DNA of 63,080 nucleotides from an uncultured Gammaproteobacteria bacterium (GCA_964610465.1 CAZSWA010000008.1:1-63080); one strand, 5' to 3'. Counted from the stretch's first letter, positions 10,058 through 19,717 are shown. A program made the numbers and translations. Notes: generated by a model from the letters alone, not told the origin.

Positions 10058-11002
10058 TTATTCCTCTTTGATTTGTAGAACTACTTTGCCTTTTGGATGA
10101 TCCTTTTCAAGATGCGCAAATGCGTTTTTTACATCTGCAAAAGGGAATATCCTATCGATAAAGATTTTTACTTGTCCTGATTCTACAAGTTCTGTAAGAC
10201 GGGTTAAACGCTTCGGAGTTGCTTCTGTACTTTGTCCAATTGTAGTTACTCCATATTTCCTGCCAAGTTCTTCATCTGGTTTTCCAGCCATAGAAACAAG
10301 TATGCCTCCTTTTCTCAAAACCTGAAAGGATTTATTGGTTGTTTCACCACCTACGGTATCAAATACCGCGTCAAAGTCTTTGAGTTTCTCTTCAATTTTT
10401 TCATTTTTGTAATCAATGGTCTCATCTGCTCCTAATTGAGCAGCAAATGTCTTGCCGTCTGTTCCCACTGTTGTTACCACATACGCATCTAAGGCTTTTG
10501 CAATTTGTATGGCAAAACTGCCTATACCGCCTGCTCCGCCATGAATCAAGATTTTTTGGTCTTTTGTGAGTTTTATAGTATCTTCCACCCCTTGCAGCGC
10601 ACTTATACCGGCAAGCGGCAATGCTGCAGCCTGATTAAAATTGATATTCTTGGGCTTTTGAGAAATTTTGGTGACAGAAGCTGCTGCAAACTGCGCAAAT
10701 GCACCAGATCCACCATTGAGTATTCCCGCCTGTCCATAGACTTTATCTCCTACTGTAAATTCTGTCACATCTTCTCCTATCTGAGTAATTACACCGGCAA
10801 AATCTCCACCCAATGTTACAGGAAAAGTGAGCGGTACATACTCCTTCAGATATCCAGCTTTAAGTTTCCAATCAATTGGATTCATACCCCCAGCGTATAC
10901 TTCTACTAGCACTTGTCCTGTCTGAAGTATTGGTTTTTGAGCGTTTTCTTGTATATCGACTACTTCTGTCCCGTCATAAGAATTTATTTGTACCGCTTTC
11001 AT
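10058..11002 (-). CDS. zinc-type alcohol dehydrogenase / NADPH:quinone oxidoreductase family (MDR superfamily)
   Basis: The 314-aa ORF has the GroES-like N-terminus (GQVLVEVYAGGMNPIDWK), the Rossmann motif HGGAGGIGSFAIQIAK and the family-typical C-terminus GKVVL. Confidence 0.9.
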   Translation of the reverse strand: MKAVQINSYDGTEVVDIQENAQKPILQTGQVLVEVYAGGMNPIDWKLKAGYLKEYVPLTFPVTLGGDFAGVITQIGEDVTEFTVGDKVYGQAGILNGGSGAFAQFAAASVTKISQKPKNINFNQAAALPLAGISALQGVEDTIKLTKDQKILIHGGAGGIGSFAIQIAKALDAYVVTTVGTDGKTFAAQLGADETIDYKNEKIEEKLKDFDAVFDTVGGETTNKSFQVLRKGGILVSMAGKPDEELGRKYGVTTIGQSTEATPKRLTRLTELVESGQVKIFIDRIFPFADVKNAFAHLEKDHPKGKVVLQIKEE

Positions 11003-11098
11003 ACTGTTACAATACCAGACTTTCTGTCATTTTGTAAAGCAGTTACAAAAAATGAAAAGTGAAAAAAGTAAAAAGAATACAGATAAAGAAATAGACTT

Positions 11099-11863
11099 CT
11101 ACGCATTTTTTTTATGCGTATCAGCATAAAAGCTCATTGCATCCCTCATAAATTGTGCAAATCCTTTGGCCTGCTTCTCATAGACTTCGGTAAAGCGCTC
11201 ATCATCAACATACATTTGTCCAAGCCCTTTGAACATCTCGTAACTTGGGTCATAAAAATAATGTAGGTGCTGATAGAAACGGTCTATTTGTACTTGTACC
11301 TCTGGGCTTTTAAAAGAAAATCCTTGTCGCATAAGCTCTGCTGCCTTTTGTCTGATATCTTCAGCTTCTGCTTTGATTTTGTCCAGCTCTATTTTAGACA
11401 TTTTGCCAACCCGCTCAATTGATTGTTTATAGGCATCAGTAGTACCCCAGCGTTTTTCTACTTCTTCTTTATGTTTTTGATATGTCGGGTCGTTAAATGC
11501 TGAAAATGTATCGTCATTATTCATAGTTTCACCTCCTTTTAGAGAATCTATCGTTTTGGTAATAGTGATAAGCAATTTCTCTATTCTTTTTTTCTTAAAC
11601 TGCAAAAGTGTTTTTTGCTCAGAAAGTGCTGCAAGAGAATCAAAGCGCGGCGCTTGCATAATGTGTTTTATCTTCTCAAGTGGAAACTCCAGTTCTCTAA
11701 AAAACAGGATTTGCTGTAATTTCAATAATTCTTTTTCTTCATAGCATCGATAGCCATTCTCTTTTATAAAGGATGGTTTGAGCAACCCAATTTCATCATA
11801 GTAATGAAGGGTCCGAACACTCACACCTGCGATTTTGGAAAGTCTTTTCACTGTATATATCAT
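11099..11863 (-). CDS. MerR-family transcriptional regulator with TipAS-like C-terminal domain
   Basis: The N-terminal HTH is YTVKRLSKIAGVSVRTLHYYDEIGLLKPS. The C-terminal ~140 aa resembles the TipA/Mta antibiotic-recognition domain. Confidence 0.85.
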   Translation of the reverse strand: MIYTVKRLSKIAGVSVRTLHYYDEIGLLKPSFIKENGYRCYEEKELLKLQQILFFRELEFPLEKIKHIMQAPRFDSLAALSEQKTLLQFKKKRIEKLLITITKTIDSLKGGETMNNDDTFSAFNDPTYQKHKEEVEKRWGTTDAYKQSIERVGKMSKIELDKIKAEAEDIRQKAAELMRQGFSFKSPEVQVQIDRFYQHLHYFYDPSYEMFKGLGQMYVDDERFTEVYEKQAKGFAQFMRDAMSFYADTHKKNA

Positions 11864-12276
11864 ACAAGGAGAGTATAAACTATTACGTTACGTAAATGTC
11901 AAGGAGATAAAATAACGAAGAGATGCACGATGCTACTCAAGTCGCTCGTATTTGTTGAGAAAAACCTGAATAATCTCAGTCAGTTCTCCTTCGTATATTA
12001 CGATACCTGTAACAAATCTGATTCAATGCCATAAATAAACATCTGAGGAAATAACCTGTGGTTTTTGTTTGTCTTTATGCCATAAGATAAGGGTTAGTTT
12101 CTCATCTGTAATGCTAAAGTTGGAAACTGAAATAATAAGATATTGGTAAAAGGTAGCATATATACCTCAAATTACAAAATCTTTTACAAATAAAGTCTAG
12201 ATTTATTCCTGTTCAAATGCTAAAATAGGCATGTGTTTATATTCCGCGATAGCTCAACGGTAGAGCAGGTCGCTGT

Positions 12277-12831
12277 AGCACTTTAAGATAATCTCAAATC
12301 GAGGTATACTTTAAGTATGCCCGAGAAGAGAACATATGCCCAGCGCCGAGAATATTTAATTCAAGCTGTTTCAAAAAGACGTAAACGTTTAAAAGAAATG
12401 GCTCTTAAATACAAAGGTGGTAAATGTATTTTGTGTGGATATAATCGTTGCTCTTCAGCATTGGATTTTCATCACATTCATGCAAAGAGTAAAGAGTTTG
12501 GTGTTTCTCTGGATGGATTAACTCGATCTTGGGAGCGCATCAAAAATGAATTGGACAAATGTATACTTGTTTGTGCTAATTGCCATAGAGAAATACATGC
12601 AGGCATATTGCAGCTCTCTGAAGTAATTCAGAGTAGAAAATGGGGTGAATTCAGGGAAGTCTTGGCAGTGCCGAAAGATAATCCTGAGCCAAGCTTAGCA
12701 AATGGTGTAAAGTAGCTAAGAAGGTGCAGAGACTATAGAGTGAGTAACCAAGCAATAAGCTCTAATCAGCGCCCCATCTCGCATTGCGAGAATGAGATAG
12801 TCCACGCTTTCTAGAAATAGAAAGATAAGTG
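12277..12831 (+). mobile_element. group I intron (IC3-like) in tRNA anticodon loop, carrying an HNH ORF
   Basis: The proposed 5' splice site follows a U and the 3' splice site follows a G. The segment AAGGTGCAGAGACTA (12721..12735) matches, from memory, the conserved J8/7-P7 segment of tRNA group I introns (Azoarcus tRNA-Ile, cyanobacterial tRNA-Leu). A 7-bp hairpin with a GAAA tetraloop (12807..12824) lies just before the 3' splice site. Confidence 0.65.
12317..12715 (+). CDS. HNH homing-endonuclease-like protein (intron-encoded)
   Basis: The 132-aa ORF contains KGGKCILCGYNRCSSALDFHHIH...LVCANCHREIH, an HNH/zinc-finger nuclease motif. It lies wholly inside the tRNA intron. The start codon is uncertain; internal Met28 is an alternative. 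Confidence 0.75.
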   Translation: MPEKRTYAQRREYLIQAVSKRRKRLKEMALKYKGGKCILCGYNRCSSALDFHHIHAKSKEFGVSLDGLTRSWERIKNELDKCILVCANCHREIHAGILQLSEVIQSRKWGEFREVLAVPKDNPEPSLANGVK

Positions 12832-12907
12832 TAACGACAAGGTTCTAGGTTCGAATCCTAGTCGCGGAGCCAAAGTTGTTTGAAATATTAAACTTCTAAA
12901 ATATGCT

Positions 12908-13767
12908 TCACTGTGAGGATATTTTTACAATCTGTGAAATATCCAATTTCCCATTCGTCAACAGAATCGTATCTTCAAATAATATATAGTTTTCCCCTTT
13001 TGTGTTGTATGCTTTTCTACCGGCTTCGAAAACGATCGCTACAGCAGCTGCAATATCCCAGGGTTTGGTTTTAAAATGAATAAAAACATCCTTTTCCCCT
13101 TCTGCTACCTGCATGGTTTCAATTACCTGGCTTCCGAGTGTTTCAGTCGACATATGAATTTCTTTTTTCAAACGATCAATTACTATATTTGTAAGCTCAA
13201 ATGCTTCTTTATCTTTGGAATATGTTGGACTGTAGATCAAAGCTGCGCCTTCTGATTTTTCAGTAGCTGAAACTTTTAGTTTATATCCGTTAACATAAGC
13301 TCCTTTGCCTTTTTCTGCATAATATATCTTGTGTGCTTGAGGCTGATAAATAATACCGGCATAAATCTGTCCGTCTTTTATAACACCCACAGACACGCCC
13401 CAGTTTGGGTTTCTTTTTGTTTCATCGTTTTCCAGATATCCTTTATAATAATTTCCTGTCCCGTCGATCGGGTCTATAACGGCAATTAAGTTATGTTCTT
13501 TATGACCAGATCATGAGTTTCTGAAGATTCCTCATCCAGGTAAGAAATTCCCGGAAATTCGGAAGATAAAGCCCTTTTTAGGATATCTGTTACTGCCTTG
13601 TCACCTTCTGTTAAAATATCTTCTTTTGAAGATTTAATTTCCGCATGAAGTCCTTTGGATCTTATGTCCAATGCCTTATCACCGGCATCTTTAATAATCT
13701 CCAATAAGTGACCATTGATAATTTCTCCTTTTAGATTATCTATAAGCGGAGGATTTTCATTGGACAT
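12908..13767 (-). pseudogene. inositol monophosphatase / CysQ-family gene split by a frameshift
   Basis: The 93-aa ORF (13486..13767) carries the family N-terminus ending in YLDEESSE. The downstream frame, open from 13510, reads HNLIAVIDPIDGTGNY (the DPIDGT metal-binding motif) and continues into the 162-aa ORF, which has WDIAAA. The two frames overlap in 13486..13510. Confidence 0.7.
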
Positions 13768-13802
13768 GTTGAAATTATAACAAAAAAAGAGATAGTTTAT
13801 TT

Positions 13803-14549
13803 TTAATTCTGGGAGGCGAGAATTCTTCCGACAGCTGCTGCTGTAAACATATCCGGTTGCTGGACTGCCTTTGTCCAGTGCACAAATTTACAACCTGATA
13901 TCTTCTCACCGATCTTTGTGGTGGGATGAAGAAGATCTTTATCAAATGTATATTCTCTCTCCATCGGGTTATTAGTTTGGTTAGCTTGGATTATTTCAAA
14001 ATCGTAAACTCTGACCCCATACGTATGAACTCCTTTACCCTTTCCAGTAACAAAAAACGTGCTATTTGGGTTCATAGGTTGACCCTCCAGTTCTTTGATC
14101 CTTTTTTCCAACGGTTCATAACCGGTTTCTTCTCCCAGTTCTCTTTTTGCGGTTTCAAAATGAGTCTGTCCCGGATCAAGAAAACCTCTCGGAACATTTA
14201 GGACTTTTTCAGGTATTCCGTCTGTACAGGTTGGCCTCACTTCTTCAACCATAGCAACGTATAACTGTCCGTCTTCATAATAATAAGGAACTGTTACCGC
14301 TCCTCCCCCACCCGGTTCTTTCAATACTGGTCCATCGTATCCTTCCGGTCTCTTGCCATAAGCTACCTCAACATTCATGTTCGGATTATAAATCCTAACG
14401 CTTTCCACCGGACCTTCGAATTCTTTTCCATTTATCTCAGCTTTCCAGCCTCTTTTTGCTTGCTCTTCTGGCTCAGGAGATATCGGAGTTACTCTATATT
14501 CCTGCGGTGCTTGTTCTGCTTCATTTCCATGACCTAATAATTCTGACAT
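13803..14549 (-). CDS. NUDIX hydrolase with ~100-aa N-terminal extension
   Basis: The Nudix box is GFLDPGQTHFETAKRELGEETGYEP. The ORF is open to 14594, but MSELLGHGNE at 14549 is the more plausible start. Confidence 0.8.
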   Translation of the reverse strand: MSELLGHGNEAEQAPQEYRVTPISPEPEEQAKRGWKAEINGKEFEGPVESVRIYNPNMNVEVAYGKRPEGYDGPVLKEPGGGGAVTVPYYYEDGQLYVAMVEEVRPTCTDGIPEKVLNVPRGFLDPGQTHFETAKRELGEETGYEPLEKRIKELEGQPMNPNSTFFVTGKGKGVHTYGVRVYDFEIIQANQTNNPMEREYTFDKDLLHPTTKIGEKISGCKFVHWTKAVQQPDMFTAAAVGRILASQN

Positions 14550-14776
14550 AAAATTAATATAATATACTTTCCAAACAATATCAACCGTCTTCAAACCGTA
14601 TTATTCAGGGTAACTGCGTTATATTTAGTAATATACCCAGATAACACTAAAAATTATAAGATTAGTTTATACTTCATGACTCATCTTTTAGAACAATTAT
14701 TAGTAGTGTCTGGATTAGAGGATATTTTTAGTTCAAGAGCTTTTAAAATACCAAGTAGGAGCAGTGAAAATAAACG

Positions 14777-15127
14777 CTAAGTAAGTTTATCAATTTTTGC
14801 GGCCATGATGAAATCATTTTCTGAAAGCCCTCCGACTGCATGAGTAAATAATTCTATTTGCACTTTGTTGTAAAATACATAGATATCCGGATGGTGGCCT
14901 TCTTGCTCTGCAATATCTGCTACTTTATTGACAAATACAATTGCTTCTTTAAAGTTTTTAAATTGAAACTGCCTTCGTAACTTATGCACCATACTTTGTC
15001 CACTATCTCGTAGTAAAATCCACTGAGGAATAACTGATTTGAGTTCATCTTCTTTCTCATCTGGAAGTGAGGGCATGCCTCCTTCACAAGGAGCACAATG
15101 TTTAGTCGTAAGTGTAGTAGTATCCAT
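14777..15127 (-). CDS. pterin-4-alpha-carbinolamine dehydratase (PCD/DCoH family)
   Basis: The 116-aa ORF contains AEQEGHHPDIYVFYNKVQIELFTHAVGGLSENDFIMAAKID, the characteristic PCD motif. Confidence 0.85.
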   Translation of the reverse strand: MDTTTLTTKHCAPCEGGMPSLPDEKEDELKSVIPQWILLRDSGQSMVHKLRRQFQFKNFKEAIVFVNKVADIAEQEGHHPDIYVFYNKVQIELFTHAVGGLSENDFIMAAKIDKLT

Positions 15128-16210
15128 TCAGCCTAAATAATCCTTGAGTTTGTTGCCACGGGATGGATGGCGAAGTTTGCGAAGTGCTTTGGCTTCAATC
15201 TGGCGAATACGTTCCCTTGTAACGGCAAACATCTTGCCTACTTCTTCAAGTGTCTTTGGCCGTCCGTCTTTTAAGCCAAATCGCTCTTCAAGGACTCGGC
15301 GCTCTCTATCAGACAGAGTATTTAATACCTGGTCTACTTGTTCTTTTAAGAGTTCGCGGGATGCTGAATCAAAAAGGGTTGGGGCCGATTGATCATGAAT
15401 AAAATCGCCAAGACGTGAATCTTCTTCATCTCCAACTGGTGCTTCAAGAGATGCAGGATTTTGGGAAATCTTAATTATCTCAAGTGCTTTGTCTGGATCA
15501 ATTCCCAAAACCTTGGCAACTTCTTCAGGCATTGGTTCACGACCTAATTCCTGCATGAGTTTGCGTTGAGCGCGTAAGAAGCGATTGATATTCTCAACCA
15601 TGTGCACCGGAATACGAATCGTACGCGCCTGGTCAGCAATTGCACGAGTTACACTTTGACGAATCCACCAGGTTGCATAGGTTGAAAATTTGTAGCCTCG
15701 TCTCCAATCATATTTTTCAACAGCTCGGATAAGCCCTTGATTGCCTTCTTGAATCAAATCAAGAAGTGACAATCCACGACCAATATATTTTTTGGCAATA
15801 GAAACAACCAAACGAAGATTGGAGTTGATAAGTTTTTTCTTGGCTTTCGTATCGCCTTTTTCAACCCGTTTGGCAAGGGCAATCTCTTCATCGAAAGTAA
15901 GAAGAGGAATACGTCCAATTTCTTTAAGATACATCCTGACTGGATCTGATACTGAGCCTTCGGTAAGAACAGTTAATGCTTCTAATTCTTTTTCCAAATC
16001 CTCAATCGGTTTTTGTTCGTCTTCCTGTTGGGCAACGCTTTCAAAGACATCTACATTGGCATGCATGAGCCTGTCATAGAGCATATCGAGTTCTTCAATA
16101 TGATCCTCAGGTTTGGCAAAAATTCCAAGAATTTCATCCTGGGTAATATAGCCACGTTTTTTGGCGCTAACTACAATATCATTTAAAAGAGGCGATAATT
16201 TCTGGGACAT
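15128..16210 (-). CDS. rpoD: RNA polymerase primary sigma factor (sigma-70 family)
   Basis: Region 2 is [35 protein letters not shown] and region 4.2 is [30 protein letters not shown]. It lies directly downstream of dnaG, the classic operon arrangement. Confidence 0.95.
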   Translation of the reverse strand: MSQKLSPLLNDIVVSAKKRGYITQDEILGIFAKPEDHIEELDMLYDRLMHANVDVFESVAQQEDEQKPIEDLEKELEALTVLTEGSVSDPVRMYLKEIGRIPLLTFDEEIALAKRVEKGDTKAKKKLINSNLRLVVSIAKKYIGRGLSLLDLIQEGNQGLIRAVEKYDWRRGYKFSTYATWWIRQSVTRAIADQARTIRIPVHMVENINRFLRAQRKLMQELGREPMPEEVAKVLGIDPDKALEIIKISQNPASLEAPVGDEEDSRLGDFIHDQSAPTLFDSASRELLKEQVDQVLNTLSDRERRVLEERFGLKDGRPKTLEEVGKMFAVTRERIRQIEAKALRKLRHPSRGNKLKDYLG

Positions 16211-16283
16211 ATACCTATATGCGACTCACAGGGATAACAACTGCCCAAGTCGCACTTTCATATTGTATCATATTTGGCAAGTT

Positions 16284-18050
16284 TTAGCGCCTCCCAAGTG
16301 TGGAAACCAGTTCCTGATACTGTTGTCTCAGTTTTGTAAGTTCAATCTCCTCTTGTTGCTGCTCTTTTACTTTTATCTCACCTGCCAGGGTTTTTATCTT
16401 CTGCTTAATATAAAGTTCCTTAAGCTGTAAAGCACTACGAGTTGCTTCGGATAGCAACTTTTGTTCATCTTCAAACATAGGGAGAGGAAGAAGCAAGCAG
16501 GTATCATACGCTTCCAGAAATTCCTTGGGCAGAGTACTTACAAATTGTGTCATATTTTTCTCTTCTAGTTGTGAGAACCAATCAAACAAAGCGTACAGAA
16601 GTTTCTGAAAGGCTCTCTCCTTTGGCATGATTTCTGTTAAGAGCAATGCTACCTCATCTATTATAGTTTTTGGTATCTCACTTTGAACGATAAGTGAAAG
16701 AATATACTTCTCAAGTAACTCATCACGAGGTCGTTTGACTTTTGGCAGTACTTGAAGAGTTGTCGTTTTTTCCCGTTTAACGAATCTTTCCATTTCTAAA
16801 ACAATACTCTCTCGTGACACATCCAGCTCCTGGCTTAAGCGTTTGAGGTAATGTTCTTTGATAATTTCATTTTGGATATGGGAAAGAAATGGCAGAAATT
16901 CTTCAGAAATTTTCTTTTTCCCTTCAACTGAATGCGGATCATATGTCTTCAGAAGTTTCTTCAGTATATAATCATACACATCACTTTCTTCCTTTATGGC
17001 TTTTTTAAATGAGACTTCGTCTTTGTGTAGTGCTTCATCCGGATCTTTGCCATTTGGTATCTCAATAACTGTCGCACTCACACCCTTTTTCTCAACAATT
17101 GTGAGGCTTCGTTTAATTGCCTCTTGCCCTGCTTTGTCGCCATCAAAACAAAAGGTAACTTTAGCTGTAAAACGGGATAGAAGACTTACCTGGCTTTCGG
17201 TTAAAGCAGTGCCTTTGACTGCCACTACATTGGCGATACCATTTTGGAAACAGGAAATCGCATCAAATTCTCCTTCCACAATAATCACTTGATTGGCTTT
17301 TCGAATTGCCTCTTTTGTAATATTGAATCCATACACATGTTCTCCTTTGTGATAGATAAGGGTTTCGCGGGTATTAATATATTTTGGCGCATTCATATCC
17401 GCATGCAGAATACGACCCGCAAACCCTAGCACATTATCTCTGGAATCAATTAATGGAAACATTACTCTATCTCGAAAGAAATCAAAAAGCCTGCCTTGTC
17501 TTTCTATGAAAAGCCCTGCAGCAAGAATGTCTTCTGCTCTACATTTCTTTTTTTTCAGAAGATAGTTGAGAAGGTCATGTCCGCTCATTGGCGCAAAACC
17601 CAGTTGAAACGTTTGGATAATTTTTTCACTAAGCCCTCGCTTTTTAAGATACTCCCGAGCTTTTTCTCCTGCTTGATGTTTGGTTAACACATAATGATAA
17701 TATTCACTGGCAATACCATTAATTTTATACAAAAGTTCTTTTTTGGAGGAAACACCTGTAGTGAAGGAAGTGGTAGCAAGGGTAACGCCTGCCTTTTTCG
17801 CAAGAAGACGTAAGGCTTCTGGAAAGTCCATATGTTCATACTCCATAAGAAATGTAAAAATGTCTCCGCCTTTTCCGCAGCCAAAACAATGCCAAATTTG
17901 GCGTTCTGGAGATATCATAAGTGATGGTGTTTTCTCACCATGAAAGGGACAAAGCGCTTTAAAATTACGACCGGATTTTTGGAGTTTTATGTATTCAGAA
18001 AGAAGGAATACGATATCTATTTTGTCTTTTATAGTATCTCTTTCATTCAT
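16284..18050 (-). CDS. dnaG: DNA primase
   Basis: The zinc finger is CPFHGEKTPSLMISPERQIWHCFGCGKGGD. Toprim motifs VIIVEGEFDAIS and CFDGDKAGQ are present. Confidence 0.95.
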   Translation of the reverse strand: MNERDTIKDKIDIVFLLSEYIKLQKSGRNFKALCPFHGEKTPSLMISPERQIWHCFGCGKGGDIFTFLMEYEHMDFPEALRLLAKKAGVTLATTSFTTGVSSKKELLYKINGIASEYYHYVLTKHQAGEKAREYLKKRGLSEKIIQTFQLGFAPMSGHDLLNYLLKKKKCRAEDILAAGLFIERQGRLFDFFRDRVMFPLIDSRDNVLGFAGRILHADMNAPKYINTRETLIYHKGEHVYGFNITKEAIRKANQVIIVEGEFDAISCFQNGIANVVAVKGTALTESQVSLLSRFTAKVTFCFDGDKAGQEAIKRSLTIVEKKGVSATVIEIPNGKDPDEALHKDEVSFKKAIKEESDVYDYILKKLLKTYDPHSVEGKKKISEEFLPFLSHIQNEIIKEHYLKRLSQELDVSRESIVLEMERFVKREKTTTLQVLPKVKRPRDELLEKYILSLIVQSEIPKTIIDEVALLLTEIMPKERAFQKLLYALFDWFSQLEEKNMTQFVSTLPKEFLEAYDTCLLLPLPMFEDEQKLLSEATRSALQLKELYIKQKIKTLAGEIKVKEQQQEEIELTKLRQQYQELVSTLGRR

Positions 18051-18353
18051 GGTGGTTTATTGTATCACGTTGCGTATGCTAATTGTACCTGTCTTGTTTG
18101 ACTTACCTGCGTTTTCCTGAAGATAAAGAGTTGAGAAAACGCAAGGGGAAATGAAATATTTTTTGCTTTGAGGCAAGATTTATTTTTGCACCTTTGGTTG
18201 GTCTTTCTACTCTGCTTCTGCCTCTGGTCCATTTCATCGGAGTACTGATTCTTTTCATATCTACTATTACTATAGCATATATTTGGGGAAGAAGATACTT
18301 TTTAGGAAAAAGTATTTAAAAGATGTGGTAAAAAATGATATGATGACTAAGTA

Positions 18354-18818
18354 ATGCTGTCCAAAGTAGTATCTTCAGCTATACTTGGACTTGATGCAGT
18401 ACCAATAGAAGTTGAAATTGATATTGCAGCACAAGGACTTCCTTCTTTTACGATTGTTGGACTTCCTGATAAAGCAATGGAAGAAGCCAAAGAAAGAGTC
18501 CGTTCTGCAATACGTAATTCAGGAGCTGATTTTCCGGCACGCAAAATAACAGTCAATTTAGCACCTGCTGATTTACCTAAAGAAGGTCCATCCTATGACC
18601 TGCCCATTGCACTTGACATTTTGCTCGTATCAGGACAACTACAAGCTGATATATATGATGCATTATTTACCGGTGAGTTATCACTTGATGGCAGAGTAGG
18701 ACAAGTTCCTGGAATTCCTTCGATTGCCGATTTAGGTGAGAATGAAGCAATCAAAACTGAATATATCGCAGAAGCCCTACAGTACCGACCAAAATCAGAT
18801 ACAGCAATACTCAATTGA
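18354..18818 (+). pseudogene. ComM/YifB (Mg-chelatase-like) remnant with N- and C-terminal ends fused in frame and AAA+ core missing
   Basis: Aa 1-117 match the Lon-like N-domain of ComM/YifB (VVSSAILGLDAVPIEVEIDIAAQGLPSFTIVGLPDKAMEEAKERVRSAIRNSGADFPARKITVNLAPADLPKEGPSYDLPIAL). The last ~35 aa (IADLGENEAIKTEYIAEALQYR) match the extreme C-terminus of the family. Full-length members are ~500 aa. Confidence 0.65.
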
Positions 18819-18824
18819 CTTATT

Positions 18825-19688
18825 ATGAGAAAATTACTCTTTGTTCTCGTCTATACGCTCATCGTCCTTTTTATCGGCAGAAATTTGAATTTTTTACCAC
18901 AAGTTATTCTATTCCAAAAAACAGAAAGTTCTCCCTCTTCTCTCAAACAGGAAACAAAACAAATTATTGACAAAGCGCAAGGAACTTATGGTGTGTATTT
19001 TGCAGATTTTCAGGATGGAAGTTCCTTTGGCATAAACGAAACACAAACATTTACCGCTGCATCAGTAAATAAGGTTCCTATCATAGCAGCTCTCTATGCG
19101 TTAGCTCACAAAAAACAGATAGACCTTAACCAGGTAATCACGCTCCAGCAGGATGATATCCAGGATTATGGAACCGGTTCGTTGCGCTATGAACAACCAG
19201 GAAATACCTACTCTCTTCGTACTCTTGCGAGACTTGCCCTCCAGGAATCAGACAATACCGCAGTTCATATGATCGGTCAGGAAATAGGTCTTGATAAAGT
19301 ACAAACTATGGTAGATGGTTGGGGACTTATCCAAACCGATATAGATGATAACAAAACTTCTCCTTATGACATGTATTTACTCTTTAGAAAAATTTATAAT
19401 AACGAAATTACTGATAAAGCACATACAGAAGAACTTTTAGGTTTTATGAAAGATACAGAATTTGAAGATAGAATTCCAATCTTAATGCCAAAAGATGTCA
19501 CGGTCTATCATAAAACAGGGGACAGCGTAGGGATTATCCATGATGTAGGAATTATCAAGAAAGGACATACTTGTTTCTTTCTTGCAGTTATGACTTCAGA
19601 TATCGGAGATACTGAAGCTACCACGAAAAAAAATATCGGGCAAATTGCCAAAATGATATATGACGCTTCCTCTTCATCTGATAGGTAA
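18825..19688 (+). CDS. class-A beta-lactamase-like serine hydrolase (exported)
   Basis: The ORF has an N-terminal TM/signal segment. Motifs are S-x-x-K (ASVNKV), SDN (ESDNTA) and KTG (HKTGDS). Confidence 0.8.
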   Translation: MRKLLFVLVYTLIVLFIGRNLNFLPQVILFQKTESSPSSLKQETKQIIDKAQGTYGVYFADFQDGSSFGINETQTFTAASVNKVPIIAALYALAHKKQIDLNQVITLQQDDIQDYGTGSLRYEQPGNTYSLRTLARLALQESDNTAVHMIGQEIGLDKVQTMVDGWGLIQTDIDDNKTSPYDMYLLFRKIYNNEITDKAHTEELLGFMKDTEFEDRIPILMPKDVTVYHKTGDSVGIIHDVGIIKKGHTCFFLAVMTSDIGDTEATTKKNIGQIAKMIYDASSSSDR

Positions 19689-19717
19689 AATCCGTAAGTC
19701 TTGCTACAATAGTATTA

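Larger units (their letters stand above)
12243..12872 (+). tRNA. intron-interrupted tRNA, best read as tRNA-Asn(GUU); exon 1 12243..12276, exon 2 12832..12872, CCA encoded
   Basis: The 5' half TCCGCGA-TA-GCTC-AACGGTA-GAGC-A-GGTCG-CTGT and the 3' half TAA-CGACA-AGGTT-CTAGG-TTCGAAT-CCTAG-TCGCGGA-G-CCA join into a cloverleaf. It has a perfect 7-bp acceptor stem and a canonical T-arm. U1-A72 with G73 and the joined loop CUGUUAA fit tRNA-Asn. The exact junction is not proven, since a Thr(UGU) junction is also formally possible. Confidence 0.7.

Noticed and set aside
12243-12316. Reading the contiguous 5' segment as an intact tRNA-Tyr (loop CTGTAGC, anticodon GTA).
   Set aside because: No T-arm or acceptor 3' strand follows within normal distance. 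The matching 3' half lies 555 nt downstream, and a bacterial tRNA-Tyr would need a long variable arm, which is absent.
13486-13510. Programmed ribosomal frameshift in the inositol-monophosphatase-family gene.
   Set aside because: There is no slippery heptamer or obvious downstream stimulatory structure. Decay or a sequencing indel is the simpler explanation.
18108-18143. 9-bp perfect hairpin (TGCGTTTTC - 18 nt - GAAAACGCA) upstream of dnaG.
   Set aside because: It is an isolated stem with a large loop and no U-tract. It is not positioned as a terminator for any gene and no riboswitch-like conserved sequence was recognised, so it is too weak to call.
18825-19688. Beta-lactam resistance determinant.
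   Set aside because: SxxK/SDN/KTG motifs show only membership of the class-A beta-lactamase/PBP-like serine hydrolase fold. Nothing in the sequence supports a resistance phenotype.
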